DNA of 62,955 nucleotides, filler included. It is 6 parts of 6 records of this genome, joined end to end, with 100 filler letters (N's around TTAATTAATTAA, not from the genome) between each part and the next. Parts side by side here need not be neighbours in the genome. Positions count along the whole stretch, not along the records: positions 1 to 13,572 come from SRR2962707_5037; 5 more parts are not named here. One strand, given 5' to 3'. The notes beneath the pieces were generated by a model, which saw only the letters and a program-made list of their open reading frames with translations, was not told where the DNA came from and searched no databases. Within the stretch, counting starts at the first letter, position 1. Every line of letters begins with the position of its first letter. Below are positions 1 to 8,623 of the stretch, in pieces. The position numbers were made by a program, and so were the translations under genes.

Positions 1-2
1 TA

Positions 3-782
3 CATGGGTCAGTTTGGCAAGAATTTCCACACATTGTACAAGTTATAGATGAAAAATCTGTAACTATTGGTGTTGTATATCCAGGAGAAACTAAAGAATT
101 TACTAAAGACGATTTAAGTTATGGAGACCATGTATATTTATTTATGCGTACACAACCAAGAACGTATGATGAAAAAGGTATGGAAGAAATGCGTAAAAGA
201 CAAGATGCTGTTGTGGTAGAAGCAGGTGCTGCAAACCCATATACTTCTGAAGTAAAATATGATATTGAATCTTTTAATAAACTAAGAGCAGACCTTATAA
301 AAAGAGCCATTACTGAAGGGGTTATAGAAGAAGGTTTTATAGATGATATAAAAAACATCAAAACACCTCAATACCAATTGATAAATACTGCAGGATGGGC
401 AGGATTACCAGCTAAACATGCCTACTATTTTGTGGTACTTCCTGGAGATGAAGGAGCTAAAAACGGAGAACATAGTTCTGTTACCTTCAAAAAACCAGAC
501 TTACAGTATGATAGATCCGGTTATTGGTCTATTACCATTTATAATGAAGATGGTTGGGTGGTAGACGAGCCTTTTAACATGAATTCTGCCAAAGTAAAAC
601 CAAATGAAGATGGTACTATTACATTAAACTTTAATGGTGGACCAGACGTCATTAACAACATCAAGGCTCCAAAAAATTGGAATGCTTTATTTAGATGTTA
701 TTTACCAAAAGATGTACCTAGTATTGTAAAATATAGAAAGAATTTTGTAGCCAATAATAAAGTTCTTACCGTTAAAAAATAA
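3..782 (+). CDS. DUF1254/DUF1214-family protein, 5'-truncated by window edge
   Basis: Frame of ORF 144..782 is open back to nt 3 (HGSVWQEFPHIVQVIDEK...). C-terminal 'GYWSITIYNEDGW...NEDGTITLNF...NWNALFRCYLP' is typical of DUF1214. Confidence 0.75.
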   Translation, partial: HGSVWQEFPHIVQVIDEKSVTIGVVYPGETKEFTKDDLSYGDHVYLFMRTQPRTYDEKGMEEMRKRQDAVVVEAGAANPYTSEVKYDIESFNKLRADLIKRAITEGVIEEGFIDDIKNIKTPQYQLINTAGWAGLPAKHAYYFVVLPGDEGAKNGEHSSVTFKKPDLQYDRSGYWSITIYNEDGWVVDEPFNMNSAKVKPNEDGTITLNFNGGPDVINNIKAPKNWNALFRCYLPKDVPSIVKYRKNFVANNKVLTVKK

Positions 783-803
783 ATAGTTACGTGCTAAGAA
801 CTC

Positions 804-840
804 ATCTTGACTTTTTCTGTTACCTACAAAAAGTCAAGAT
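804..840 (+). terminator. Intergenic stem-loop (13-bp stem)
   Basis: ATCTTGACTTTTT-11 nt-AAAAAGTCAAGAT between two co-oriented genes; no clear U-tract. Confidence 0.45.
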
Positions 841-857
841 AAATTCTAATTAAATTT

Positions 858-1703
858 ATGAGGTATACTATATTGTTCCTAATTTTTGTCTTGTTTCAGT
901 TCGGTGTATCAGCTCAAGGAGAAAATAAAATCTCCGTAGAAGAAATGGCAAAAAAAAGACAAGATCCAGTAGCAGGACTCCGAAGTATTTATTTACAAGA
1001 TGTCCTGCTTCCTGTTGGAAAAGGAGCAGCAAACTCCTTTTCTATACAGCCTGTTTTTCCTATCAAACTATCAAGTAATCTAAAACTGATTACTTACACC
1101 ATTGTTCCTTTCCAATCGTTACCCACCTTAAACAGCGGGATAAATCAAACACATATTCCATTAGACCCTTTATCTGTTCAATCGGGAGCTAGTAACGCAG
1201 TATTTGGATTGGGAAACATTCTCTTTAATGGTTATTTTTCCTCTATTAAAAAGAAAGGTAATATCAGCTGGGGGGTTGGCCCTGCTATACAATTACCTAC
1301 TCGTACCAATGAGGCACTAGGAAGTAACCGTGTAAGCATGGGACCTTCATTTTTGTTTAATCATGGAGGAGATAAATTTTCAGCTGGCTTTGTTATTCAA
1401 AATTATTGGTCGCTCGGTGGTGAGGGAATAAACAAAGTAAATAGTTTTAATTTTCAGTATTTTACCTATTACAATTTACAAAGCGGTTGGTTTTTAGAGA
1501 GTAATGCTACCATCCTAAATAATTGGCTAGCCGATAGCGGACAACAATTGTTATTACCTCTTGGAGGTGGTGGAGGTAAAACCTTTCAAATTGGAAATAG
1601 TAAGCTTTTTTATTGTGCTACAGCTCAAGTTTTCTACAATGCTGTTAAACCAGATATTGTAGGCAATTGGGAAATTGTGCTACAGTTTCAATTTATTTTA
1701 TAA
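858..1703 (+). CDS. Putative outer-membrane beta-barrel/transporter (family often mis-annotated 'neuromedin U')
   Basis: Signal peptide, 'SIQPVFP', 'GLGNI', 'WGVGPAIQLPT...LGS', amphipathic strands, aromatic-rich C-terminus (LQFQFIL). Confidence 0.65.
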   Translation: MRYTILFLIFVLFQFGVSAQGENKISVEEMAKKRQDPVAGLRSIYLQDVLLPVGKGAANSFSIQPVFPIKLSSNLKLITYTIVPFQSLPTLNSGINQTHIPLDPLSVQSGASNAVFGLGNILFNGYFSSIKKKGNISWGVGPAIQLPTRTNEALGSNRVSMGPSFLFNHGGDKFSAGFVIQNYWSLGGEGINKVNSFNFQYFTYYNLQSGWFLESNATILNNWLADSGQQLLLPLGGGGGKTFQIGNSKLFYCATAQVFYNAVKPDIVGNWEIVLQFQFIL

Positions 1704-1846
1704 TTAAGTTGATAATCTAAGGCTTTCTCCCTTTATATAATCACTATTTATTAAAATTTATTCCAACTAAAAATTAATATCACAACACATTAAATAATAT
1801 TCATATTTTTAGGACTTTAAACTAAAACCTAATTTAAGTCCAGCCG

Positions 1847-2392
1847 TTGTCTTTACATTATAAACACATACAATCTCTCTTCAATTTACATTATACTGAT
1901 TTATGTAACAAATCATATTGGTATGTAAAAGATGTTGAAAAATCTAAAGATATTGTCCAAGAAGTATTTCTATCGCTTTTAGAAAAGAAAAAATTAGATC
2001 ATATAAATGACTTAAAAGGATATTTATATAAATCTGTTATTAATAATTCAATAAAACAATTCGATAAACAGAAAAGATTTATCTCTTTTGAAAAGAATAC
2101 TTTTAATAGAGATCATACTGAAAACTCAATAGAGAACACTATTATTACTTCAGAAAACAAAGAGGAAGTAATTTCGGAGTTAAATCAATTGCCCGAAAAG
2201 TGTAAAGAAATTTTTATTTTGTGTGTTTTAGAAGGTGTTAGCTATAAAGATGCAGCTTATAGACAAGAAGTTTCCATCAACACTGTAAAATCTCAAATAA
2301 AAAAAGGATACAAAATATTACGTAGCTCACTGAAAAGCAAAATTGTAATGCTTCATTTCTTCACAAAAAAAGATTTTATAAAAAATATTTAA
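1847..2392 (+). CDS. ECF sigma-70 factor (Bacteroidota type)
   Basis: 'DIVQEVFLSL' region 2 and 'LPEKCKEIF...SYKDAA...SINTVKSQIKKG' region 4; TTG start; upstream of FecR. Confidence 0.9.
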   Translation: MSLHYKHIQSLFNLHYTDLCNKSYWYVKDVEKSKDIVQEVFLSLLEKKKLDHINDLKGYLYKSVINNSIKQFDKQKRFISFEKNTFNRDHTENSIENTIITSENKEEVISELNQLPEKCKEIFILCVLEGVSYKDAAYRQEVSINTVKSQIKKGYKILRSSLKSKIVMLHFFTKKDFIKNI

Positions 2393-2466
2393 CGTTAGCA
2401 TCACCCTCTTTATAATTTTATGACTCTTTATAGATAGAACGCCATATGGTTTATCTGTAAACAATA

Positions 2467-3603
2467 ATGAATATAAAACAAATTATTATAAAGAGTCTTC
2501 ATAGACAATTATCCCCAGAAGAAGAAAAAATCTTTAAGGATTGGCTTGGAAAATCTGAAGCGAATAAAGAATTCTTCAAAAAATTACAAAATCTTAAAAC
2601 AGCTAATGATTTAAAAAGAATAGCTAATATAGAGATAACTAATGAATGGAACAATCTACAGAAGAAACACCTCCATAGACTAAAATTAGCACGTTCACAA
2701 AAAAGAAGAAAGTTCCTAGCTGCTGCAGTACTTATTGGAATACTATTAACAAGCATTGGCTATTATCAAACTACTATTACCACACAACAACTACCTAATG
2801 ATAATGCTATTGTAATATTCGAAAATAACAAAATTTTACATCAAAGCATTTCAAATACTCATACCGAATTAAAAAATGAGGAAGGAATTACCATTGCAAT
2901 TCAAGAAAAGGATCAAATAAAATTTCTTCCAACAAAAAAAGCAAAAGAGTCTATTAAAACGGTTAAAGTCCCTAACGGAAAAAATTTGACTGTTATTTTG
3001 GAAGATAATTCTATAGTGAAGTTAAATGCTGGAAGTTTTATACAATTTTCAAATAATTTTAATTCTAAAAAAACTAGAAGCGTTAAACTAGAAGGAGAAG
3101 CCTATTTTGAAGTAACAAAAAATAAAGAAATTCCTTTTATAGTTCAAACTCCAAAAGCTATTATTAAGGTTTTGGGAACCAGCTTTAATGTTTCTTCTTA
3201 CACAGATCTTAATACTACCAAAATTGTTTTGGTAGAGGGTAGAGTAGCAATTGAAAGTACTTCTGAAAAATTTAAAAATCAGTTTCTGAATCCTAATCAA
3301 GTAGCCCATATTGAAGCTGGCACTATAAGTATTACCAATGAAGATTTGAATCAGTATTTGTCTTGGTTAGATGGCAAGTTAAGTATCTCCAAACAACCAT
3401 TTAGTAAAATTATTCTTCAGTTGGAACGTACATATAACATAAAGATAAAAAATAACTATTCAGAATTAAACCATAAAACTTTTACAGCAACCTTCGACAA
3501 AGAGTCTATTGAAGAAATTATTCAGTCATTTAAATTAAGTTTTCCTTTTGAATATGAAATCAAGTCGAACACAATAATCATTAATAAACCTAAAACAGAA
3601 TAA
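2467..3603 (+). CDS. FecR-family anti-sigma factor
   Basis: One TM segment; 'LEDNSIVKLNAGS', 'VKLEGEAYFEV', 'VLGTSFNV' FecR motifs. Confidence 0.92.
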   Translation: MNIKQIIIKSLHRQLSPEEEKIFKDWLGKSEANKEFFKKLQNLKTANDLKRIANIEITNEWNNLQKKHLHRLKLARSQKRRKFLAAAVLIGILLTSIGYYQTTITTQQLPNDNAIVIFENNKILHQSISNTHTELKNEEGITIAIQEKDQIKFLPTKKAKESIKTVKVPNGKNLTVILEDNSIVKLNAGSFIQFSNNFNSKKTRSVKLEGEAYFEVTKNKEIPFIVQTPKAIIKVLGTSFNVSSYTDLNTTKIVLVEGRVAIESTSEKFKNQFLNPNQVAHIEAGTISITNEDLNQYLSWLDGKLSISKQPFSKIILQLERTYNIKIKNNYSELNHKTFTATFDKESIEEIIQSFKLSFPFEYEIKSNTIIINKPKTE

Positions 3604-3622
3604 ATTATGGATTGAGAAAAAA

Positions 3623-3648
3623 ACAGGAAATGTTGCAGCATTTCCTGT
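3623..3648 (+). promoter_or_regulatory. Stem-loop in fecR-susC intergenic region
   Basis: ACAGGAAATG-TTGCAG-CATTTCCTGT, perfect 10-bp stem preceded by an A-run, about 50 nt upstream of susC. Confidence 0.6.
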
Positions 3649-3697
3649 ATAAAAAGTTAAGTCACAACTAAAAATTATAACCAAACTATACAAATGT

Positions 3698-6600
3698 ATG
3701 AAAAATAGACTATTCTTAGGATCCATAGGATCCTATTCCTCCGATTTTTATCTAAAAATGAAGATAACAACCATACTCTTATTTATTACTCTATTTACAG
3801 TTCAGGCAAATTCTATAGCACAGAAAACCAAAGTAGATTTAAATATTAACGAAGTACCTCTTCAATCTGTACTTAAAGAAATTGAAAGAAAAACCGACTT
3901 TAAATTTTTATACAACCATGAAGAGATTAATACAAATACACCAATCTCTATTCATGTAAAACAACAATCTTTAAAAGAGGTGTTGGACAAATTATTTAAG
4001 GAAACCAATATTGAATATATAGTCAATAAAAAGCAGATTATATTAAAAGCAAAAAAAATATCTTCAGAAAACAGTACACCCTTAATCGACCAATCTACAA
4101 TTAAAGGCTCTGTAACCGACTTAAATGGTGTCCCTTTGGTAGGTGTTACAATAAAAATTAAGGAGCTAAATGTTGGTACTTCTACAAATAACGAAGGTGA
4201 ATTTTCCATTCAGGCGAGTGTGAATGACGTTTTAATATTTACCTATATCGGTTTTAAAACCGAAGAGGTTACTATAAAAGCAAATTCTTCTATTGATATT
4301 CAATTAGAAGAAGATATACAAGCCATTGATGAAGTTGTGTTAGTAGGTTATGGAGAAGTAAAAAAGGAAAATTTAACAGGTGCAGTAAGTAACGTTAATA
4401 TGGAATCCTTTAGTAATCAAGTTCCTACTATAAATGTTGAACAGGCGCTACAAGGACAAGTTGCTGGTGTTTCTGTAAATTCTCCCAATGGTCAACCGGG
4501 AGCTGCCTCAAAGATAAGAATTCGTGGTACATCCTCCCTATCTGGTTCTAACCAACCGCTTTTTGTTATTGATGGTGTACCAGTAGTTCCTGAAAGTAAT
4601 ATTCCTACGGGAGGTGTCGAAGGTCAGCGACTTGGTGATGTATTAAATTCACAAGGTTTAAGTACGCCTATAGCAAATATTAATCCAAATGATATTGAAT
4701 CTATAAGTGTTCTTAAAGATGCTTCTGCAGCTGCAATATATGGTTCTAGAGCGGCCAATGGGGTTATTATTATCACTACTAAAAAAGGTTCAAAATTTAA
4801 TAAACCTACTATCAATTTTGATGTTTCTACAACCACTCAAAATCCTCAAACACTAAATGTATTAAATGCAGCTCAATTTAAAGATGCTTGGACTCAAGCT
4901 GTCCTAAATAACAATACAGGAAATGCCTTCGCTACAAGTGTATTGGATGGCTCTTATTTTGGAGATGTAGACACTAATTGGGAAGACGAATTAAGTCCAG
5001 AGCTATCCACATCTACCTATGCTAATTTAAGTATGAGAGGCGGTGGAAAGTCTAGTCAATATGCAATATCTCTAGCTGCCTTAAATGCAGAAAGTGGGTT
5101 TAAAGGTTCTAATAGTGAACGGTATACGATAAATTTAAATTTGAATAATGATATTACGGATTTTTTGAGATTTGGAACCAATATCCAAACTTCCTTTTTC
5201 AATCAATCTTCATTAGACGGAAGTGTGGTAGAAAGAATGTATACTTTTCGACCAGATTATCCTGTATTTGATAATGAGGGTCATTATTCTTATTCAAATT
5301 ATTCAAACACTGAAAATCCCGTTGCATTAGCACAAGCAACTAATAAAAACAAAACTTTTTTATTATTAGGGTCTGTATATTCTCAAATTGACTTTTACAA
5401 GGATTTAAATTTTGAAACAAGACTTTCTGTAAATTACAACAATGGTAATCAAACAAGTTTTTATCCTGGATATACTTTCAGAGGTGGGTGGTCTAGGTCT
5501 AATAAAGATGGAGATGGTTATGCACAGGATAGTAGATCTAGCGCTACTGTATTACAATGGCAAAATACACTTACTTATAAGCATACGTTTAATAACAAAC
5601 ATACTATAGATGCAGTATTAGGAACTGCTTTCGAAGAGATCAATTCTTCTTATAATAAAGCATTTGGTACGGGCTTTTCTAGTAACACCCTAACTAATGT
5701 TTCTAGTGCTACAGCAAGTAATGGTGGAGAAGCTTATGAGAATGGATCCGGACTTATCTCCTATTTTGGGAGAACAAATTATGATTATGATCAAAAGTAT
5801 TTATTAACCTTAACTGCTCGAATAGACGGATCATCAAAATTTGCAAAAAATAATAAATATGCTTTTTTCCCAGCTGCTGCAGCGGCATGGAGAATCTCTA
5901 ATGAAGATTTTTTAACCGATAGCAATATTATAGATGAACTTAAATTAAGAGCTAGTTACGGTCTTACAGGACAACAAGATTTTGGAGCTTATCAATGGCG
6001 CACCTTATATGAAACAGGTGCATATGCAAACAATCCTTCCATTATATTATCACAATTAGGTAACGACGAATTAAAGTGGGAAACTACCAAACAGTTAGAT
6101 TTAGGAGTAGACTTTTCTCTTTTTAATAATGTATTAAGTGGTGGGGTTGGTTATTACCAAAAAAATACGATAGATGTTATATTTCCAGTACAAACACCTG
6201 GAAATACAGGAGTAACATCTGTACTAGCAAATGTAGGTCATACTGAAAACAAAGGTTTTGAACTTTTATTAGATATAGGAATTATAAACAAAGCTGATTT
6301 TAGTTGGAATGTAAGTTTAAACGCTACACGAAATAAAAACAGCTTAAAAGAAATCTCCGAAGACTACAAAGATGAGGAAGGTTATATTATTGGGTTTCCT
6401 GGCTTAGGTGGTGGACGTTTAAAAGAGGGGAGCCCTATAGGTTTGATATATGGGTACCAAGCCTCACATATTTTTCAAAATCAAGAAGAAATTGATGTCT
6501 TAAACCAAAGGTCCCCAAATGGATATTATCAAGAAATACTAACCGCTCCTGGAGATTTAAAGTTTAATGATATATCTGGTCCAGATGGTACTCCAGATGG

Positions 6601-7156
6601 GGAGGTAAATAATTATGATCAAACTGTAATTGGGAATTCTCAACCTGATGTATTTGGAGGTTTCAACAGTGTTTGGAGGTATAAAAACTTTTCATTATCT
6701 GCTCAATTTAGCTATTCAATCGGCAACGAATTGTTTTGGTTTTCTCAATTAAGAGCTATCAATTTTACCAATCCATATTTAGCAGAAAACAAAACTGTAG
6801 ATGTATTAAATGCATGGACACCTACTAATCCTACAAATCAACCTCGTATGGTTTATAATGACCCTAATGATAATGATAGATCATCAAGCTATTATGTCTA
6901 TGATGCATCCTACTTACGATTAAATACACTCAACCTTCGATACAATATTCCACAAGCCGCTATCGATAACATCGGTTTTATAAATTCTATTGCCATATAC
7001 GGTATTGCACAAAATTTATGGACTCTTACAAATTACCCAGGAGCCAATCCACAGGGAGGGACTTTGTTTAACAACGATATCTCTGGATCTGGAAGGGATA
7101 CCAACAGGTTCCCTCCACAAAAGTCATTTACAATCGGTTTAAATATTGGATTCTAA
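3698..7156 (+). CDS. susC: SusC/RagA TonB-dependent transducer with N-terminal STN domain
   Basis: STN-like N-terminus, carboxypeptidase-regulatory-like domain, plug 'DIESISVLKDASAAAIYGSRAANGVIIITTKKG', 'LKWETTKQLDLG', C-terminal Phe. Confidence 0.95.
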   Translation: MKNRLFLGSIGSYSSDFYLKMKITTILLFITLFTVQANSIAQKTKVDLNINEVPLQSVLKEIERKTDFKFLYNHEEINTNTPISIHVKQQSLKEVLDKLFKETNIEYIVNKKQIILKAKKISSENSTPLIDQSTIKGSVTDLNGVPLVGVTIKIKELNVGTSTNNEGEFSIQASVNDVLIFTYIGFKTEEVTIKANSSIDIQLEEDIQAIDEVVLVGYGEVKKENLTGAVSNVNMESFSNQVPTINVEQALQGQVAGVSVNSPNGQPGAASKIRIRGTSSLSGSNQPLFVIDGVPVVPESNIPTGGVEGQRLGDVLNSQGLSTPIANINPNDIESISVLKDASAAAIYGSRAANGVIIITTKKGSKFNKPTINFDVSTTTQNPQTLNVLNAAQFKDAWTQAVLNNNTGNAFATSVLDGSYFGDVDTNWEDELSPELSTSTYANLSMRGGGKSSQYAISLAALNAESGFKGSNSERYTINLNLNNDITDFLRFGTNIQTSFFNQSSLDGSVVERMYTFRPDYPVFDNEGHYSYSNYSNTENPVALAQATNKNKTFLLLGSVYSQIDFYKDLNFETRLSVNYNNGNQTSFYPGYTFRGGWSRSNKDGDGYAQDSRSSATVLQWQNTLTYKHTFNNKHTIDAVLGTAFEEINSSYNKAFGTGFSSNTLTNVSSATASNGGEAYENGSGLISYFGRTNYDYDQKYLLTLTARIDGSSKFAKNNKYAFFPAAAAAWRISNEDFLTDSNIIDELKLRASYGLTGQQDFGAYQWRTLYETGAYANNPSIILSQLGNDELKWETTKQLDLGVDFSLFNNVLSGGVGYYQKNTIDVIFPVQTPGNTGVTSVLANVGHTENKGFELLLDIGIINKADFSWNVSLNATRNKNSLKEISEDYKDEEGYIIGFPGLGGGRLKEGSPIGLIYGYQASHIFQNQEEIDVLNQRSPNGYYQEILTAPGDLKFNDISGPDGTPDGEVNNYDQTVIGNSQPDVFGGFNSVWRYKNFSLSAQFSYSIGNELFWFSQLRAINFTNPYLAENKTVDVLNAWTPTNPTNQPRMVYNDPNDNDRSSSYYVYDASYLRLNTLNLRYNIPQAAIDNIGFINSIAIYGIAQNLWTLTNYPGANPQGGTLFNNDISGSGRDTNRFPPQKSFTIGLNIGF

Positions 7157-7168
7157 AAAAACACTATT

Positions 7169-8512
7169 ATGAAAAATCTATTAATAATTATTTCTTTAAG
7201 TTGGTTCTTTTCTTCATGTAATTTAGCAGATTCCATAGATCAAGATCCGCCAAATAACATAGTTCCAGAAAATGTAGTACAAAATGAAGACGATGCCCGT
7301 GCTTTATTAAATGGTACCTATAGTAACATCGTCTCACGTACAAACTCGTATTACTATATGTATTCAGAAACCATTCCTAGCGCTTTAATAGGTACTATGA
7401 GTAGAGCTGGTTCTGGTACTGACGACACTGATTTTTTTGATAACAATATTCAATCAGATAATCCTACTGTTAAAAATTATTGGTTGGTATTTTATACTGT
7501 AATCGATGCTGCCAATAATGCTATTAAAGAAACTTCTGAACTTGGTAGTGAAGAAATTTCTTCGGAGGATAGAAATGAAATTATCGGAGAAGCAAAATTT
7601 TTAAGAGCCATGGCTACTTTTGATGCTTTACGCTATTTTGGACAATTCTATGACCGTACAAGTAATTTAGGGATCATCATTAGGACTGAACCTGTTAATT
7701 TTACCACTAGATCAATAAAGAGAAGTACTGTTGAAGAATCCTATCAACAAATTTTATCAGATTTAGATGATGCTATTGTTAACGCACCAGAATTTACTGT
7801 TTCATATAGAGGATCGCGCTTGGCTGCAATGGCATTAAAAGCTAGAGTACTCCTTTATATGGGAGAATATAGTGAAGCAGCTATTACAGCCGATAACGTA
7901 ATTAACAATGGAGCTCGTAATTTAGAAACTACTTTTTCTGAAGTATTTGATAAAGGTATTTCTTCTTTAGAAGGCATATTTATTACCTACAGAGACGCAT
8001 CATCGGATACCGAAGAAAACAACAGAAAACAATTTTATGCGGGAAGGGTTGAAGAAGGATGGTTTACTAATTTTATGGAAAACGACCCTAGACAACCTGT
8101 TACGTATAGTGAGTCCAATGTTTTAAAAACAAATAATAAAACAAGCTTCCGCCCTACTTTCTTTTTTAGATTAGCAGAAATGTACCTAATTAAAGCCGAA
8201 GGTATTGCAAAAAGTTCTAACGACATAGAAACTGCTAAACAAGCACTTAACGTTATCAAAGAAAGAGCTGGTGTAAATCCTTCTACTGCTTCAACTATTG
8301 CAGAATTAAACGATGACATTTTTGAGGAATATATTAAAGAAATGTCTTTTGAGAATGGTTCAGATTGGTTTGCTGGCATCCGTTTTGAGAAAGTAATGGA
8401 TCTAAAAACTAATTTAAATTCAAGTAATCAATACATATTACCAATTCCTGTCTCAGAAATAGAAGGGAATGAATTGTTAACCTTAGCAGATCAAAACCCA
8501 GGTTATGAATAA
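7169..8512 (+). CDS. susD: SusD/RagB lipoprotein
   Basis: Lipobox FSSC; 'GEAKFLRA', 'ALKARVLLY', 'RLAEMYLIKAE', terminal 'QNPGY'. Confidence 0.93.
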   Translation: MKNLLIIISLSWFFSSCNLADSIDQDPPNNIVPENVVQNEDDARALLNGTYSNIVSRTNSYYYMYSETIPSALIGTMSRAGSGTDDTDFFDNNIQSDNPTVKNYWLVFYTVIDAANNAIKETSELGSEEISSEDRNEIIGEAKFLRAMATFDALRYFGQFYDRTSNLGIIIRTEPVNFTTRSIKRSTVEESYQQILSDLDDAIVNAPEFTVSYRGSRLAAMALKARVLLYMGEYSEAAITADNVINNGARNLETTFSEVFDKGISSLEGIFITYRDASSDTEENNRKQFYAGRVEEGWFTNFMENDPRQPVTYSESNVLKTNNKTSFRPTFFFRLAEMYLIKAEGIAKSSNDIETAKQALNVIKERAGVNPSTASTIAELNDDIFEEYIKEMSFENGSDWFAGIRFEKVMDLKTNLNSSNQYILPIPVSEIEGNELLTLADQNPGYE

Positions 8513-8555
8513 TTAACCGTATAAACAGTACTCTCAATTTTATTTATTTGAATTC

Positions 8556-8599
8556 GTATTTCGTACCTAAAGACATTAGCGTCTTTGGGTATGGAATAC
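8556..8599 (+). promoter_or_regulatory. 19-bp RNA stem-loop between susD and protease gene
   Basis: GTATTTCGTACCTAAAGAC-ATTAGC-GTCTTTGGGTATGGAATAC: 16 Watson-Crick plus 3 G.U pairs on the + transcript. Confidence 0.6.
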
Positions 8600-8623
8600 A
8601 TCTAAAAATCAAAAAAACTCATT

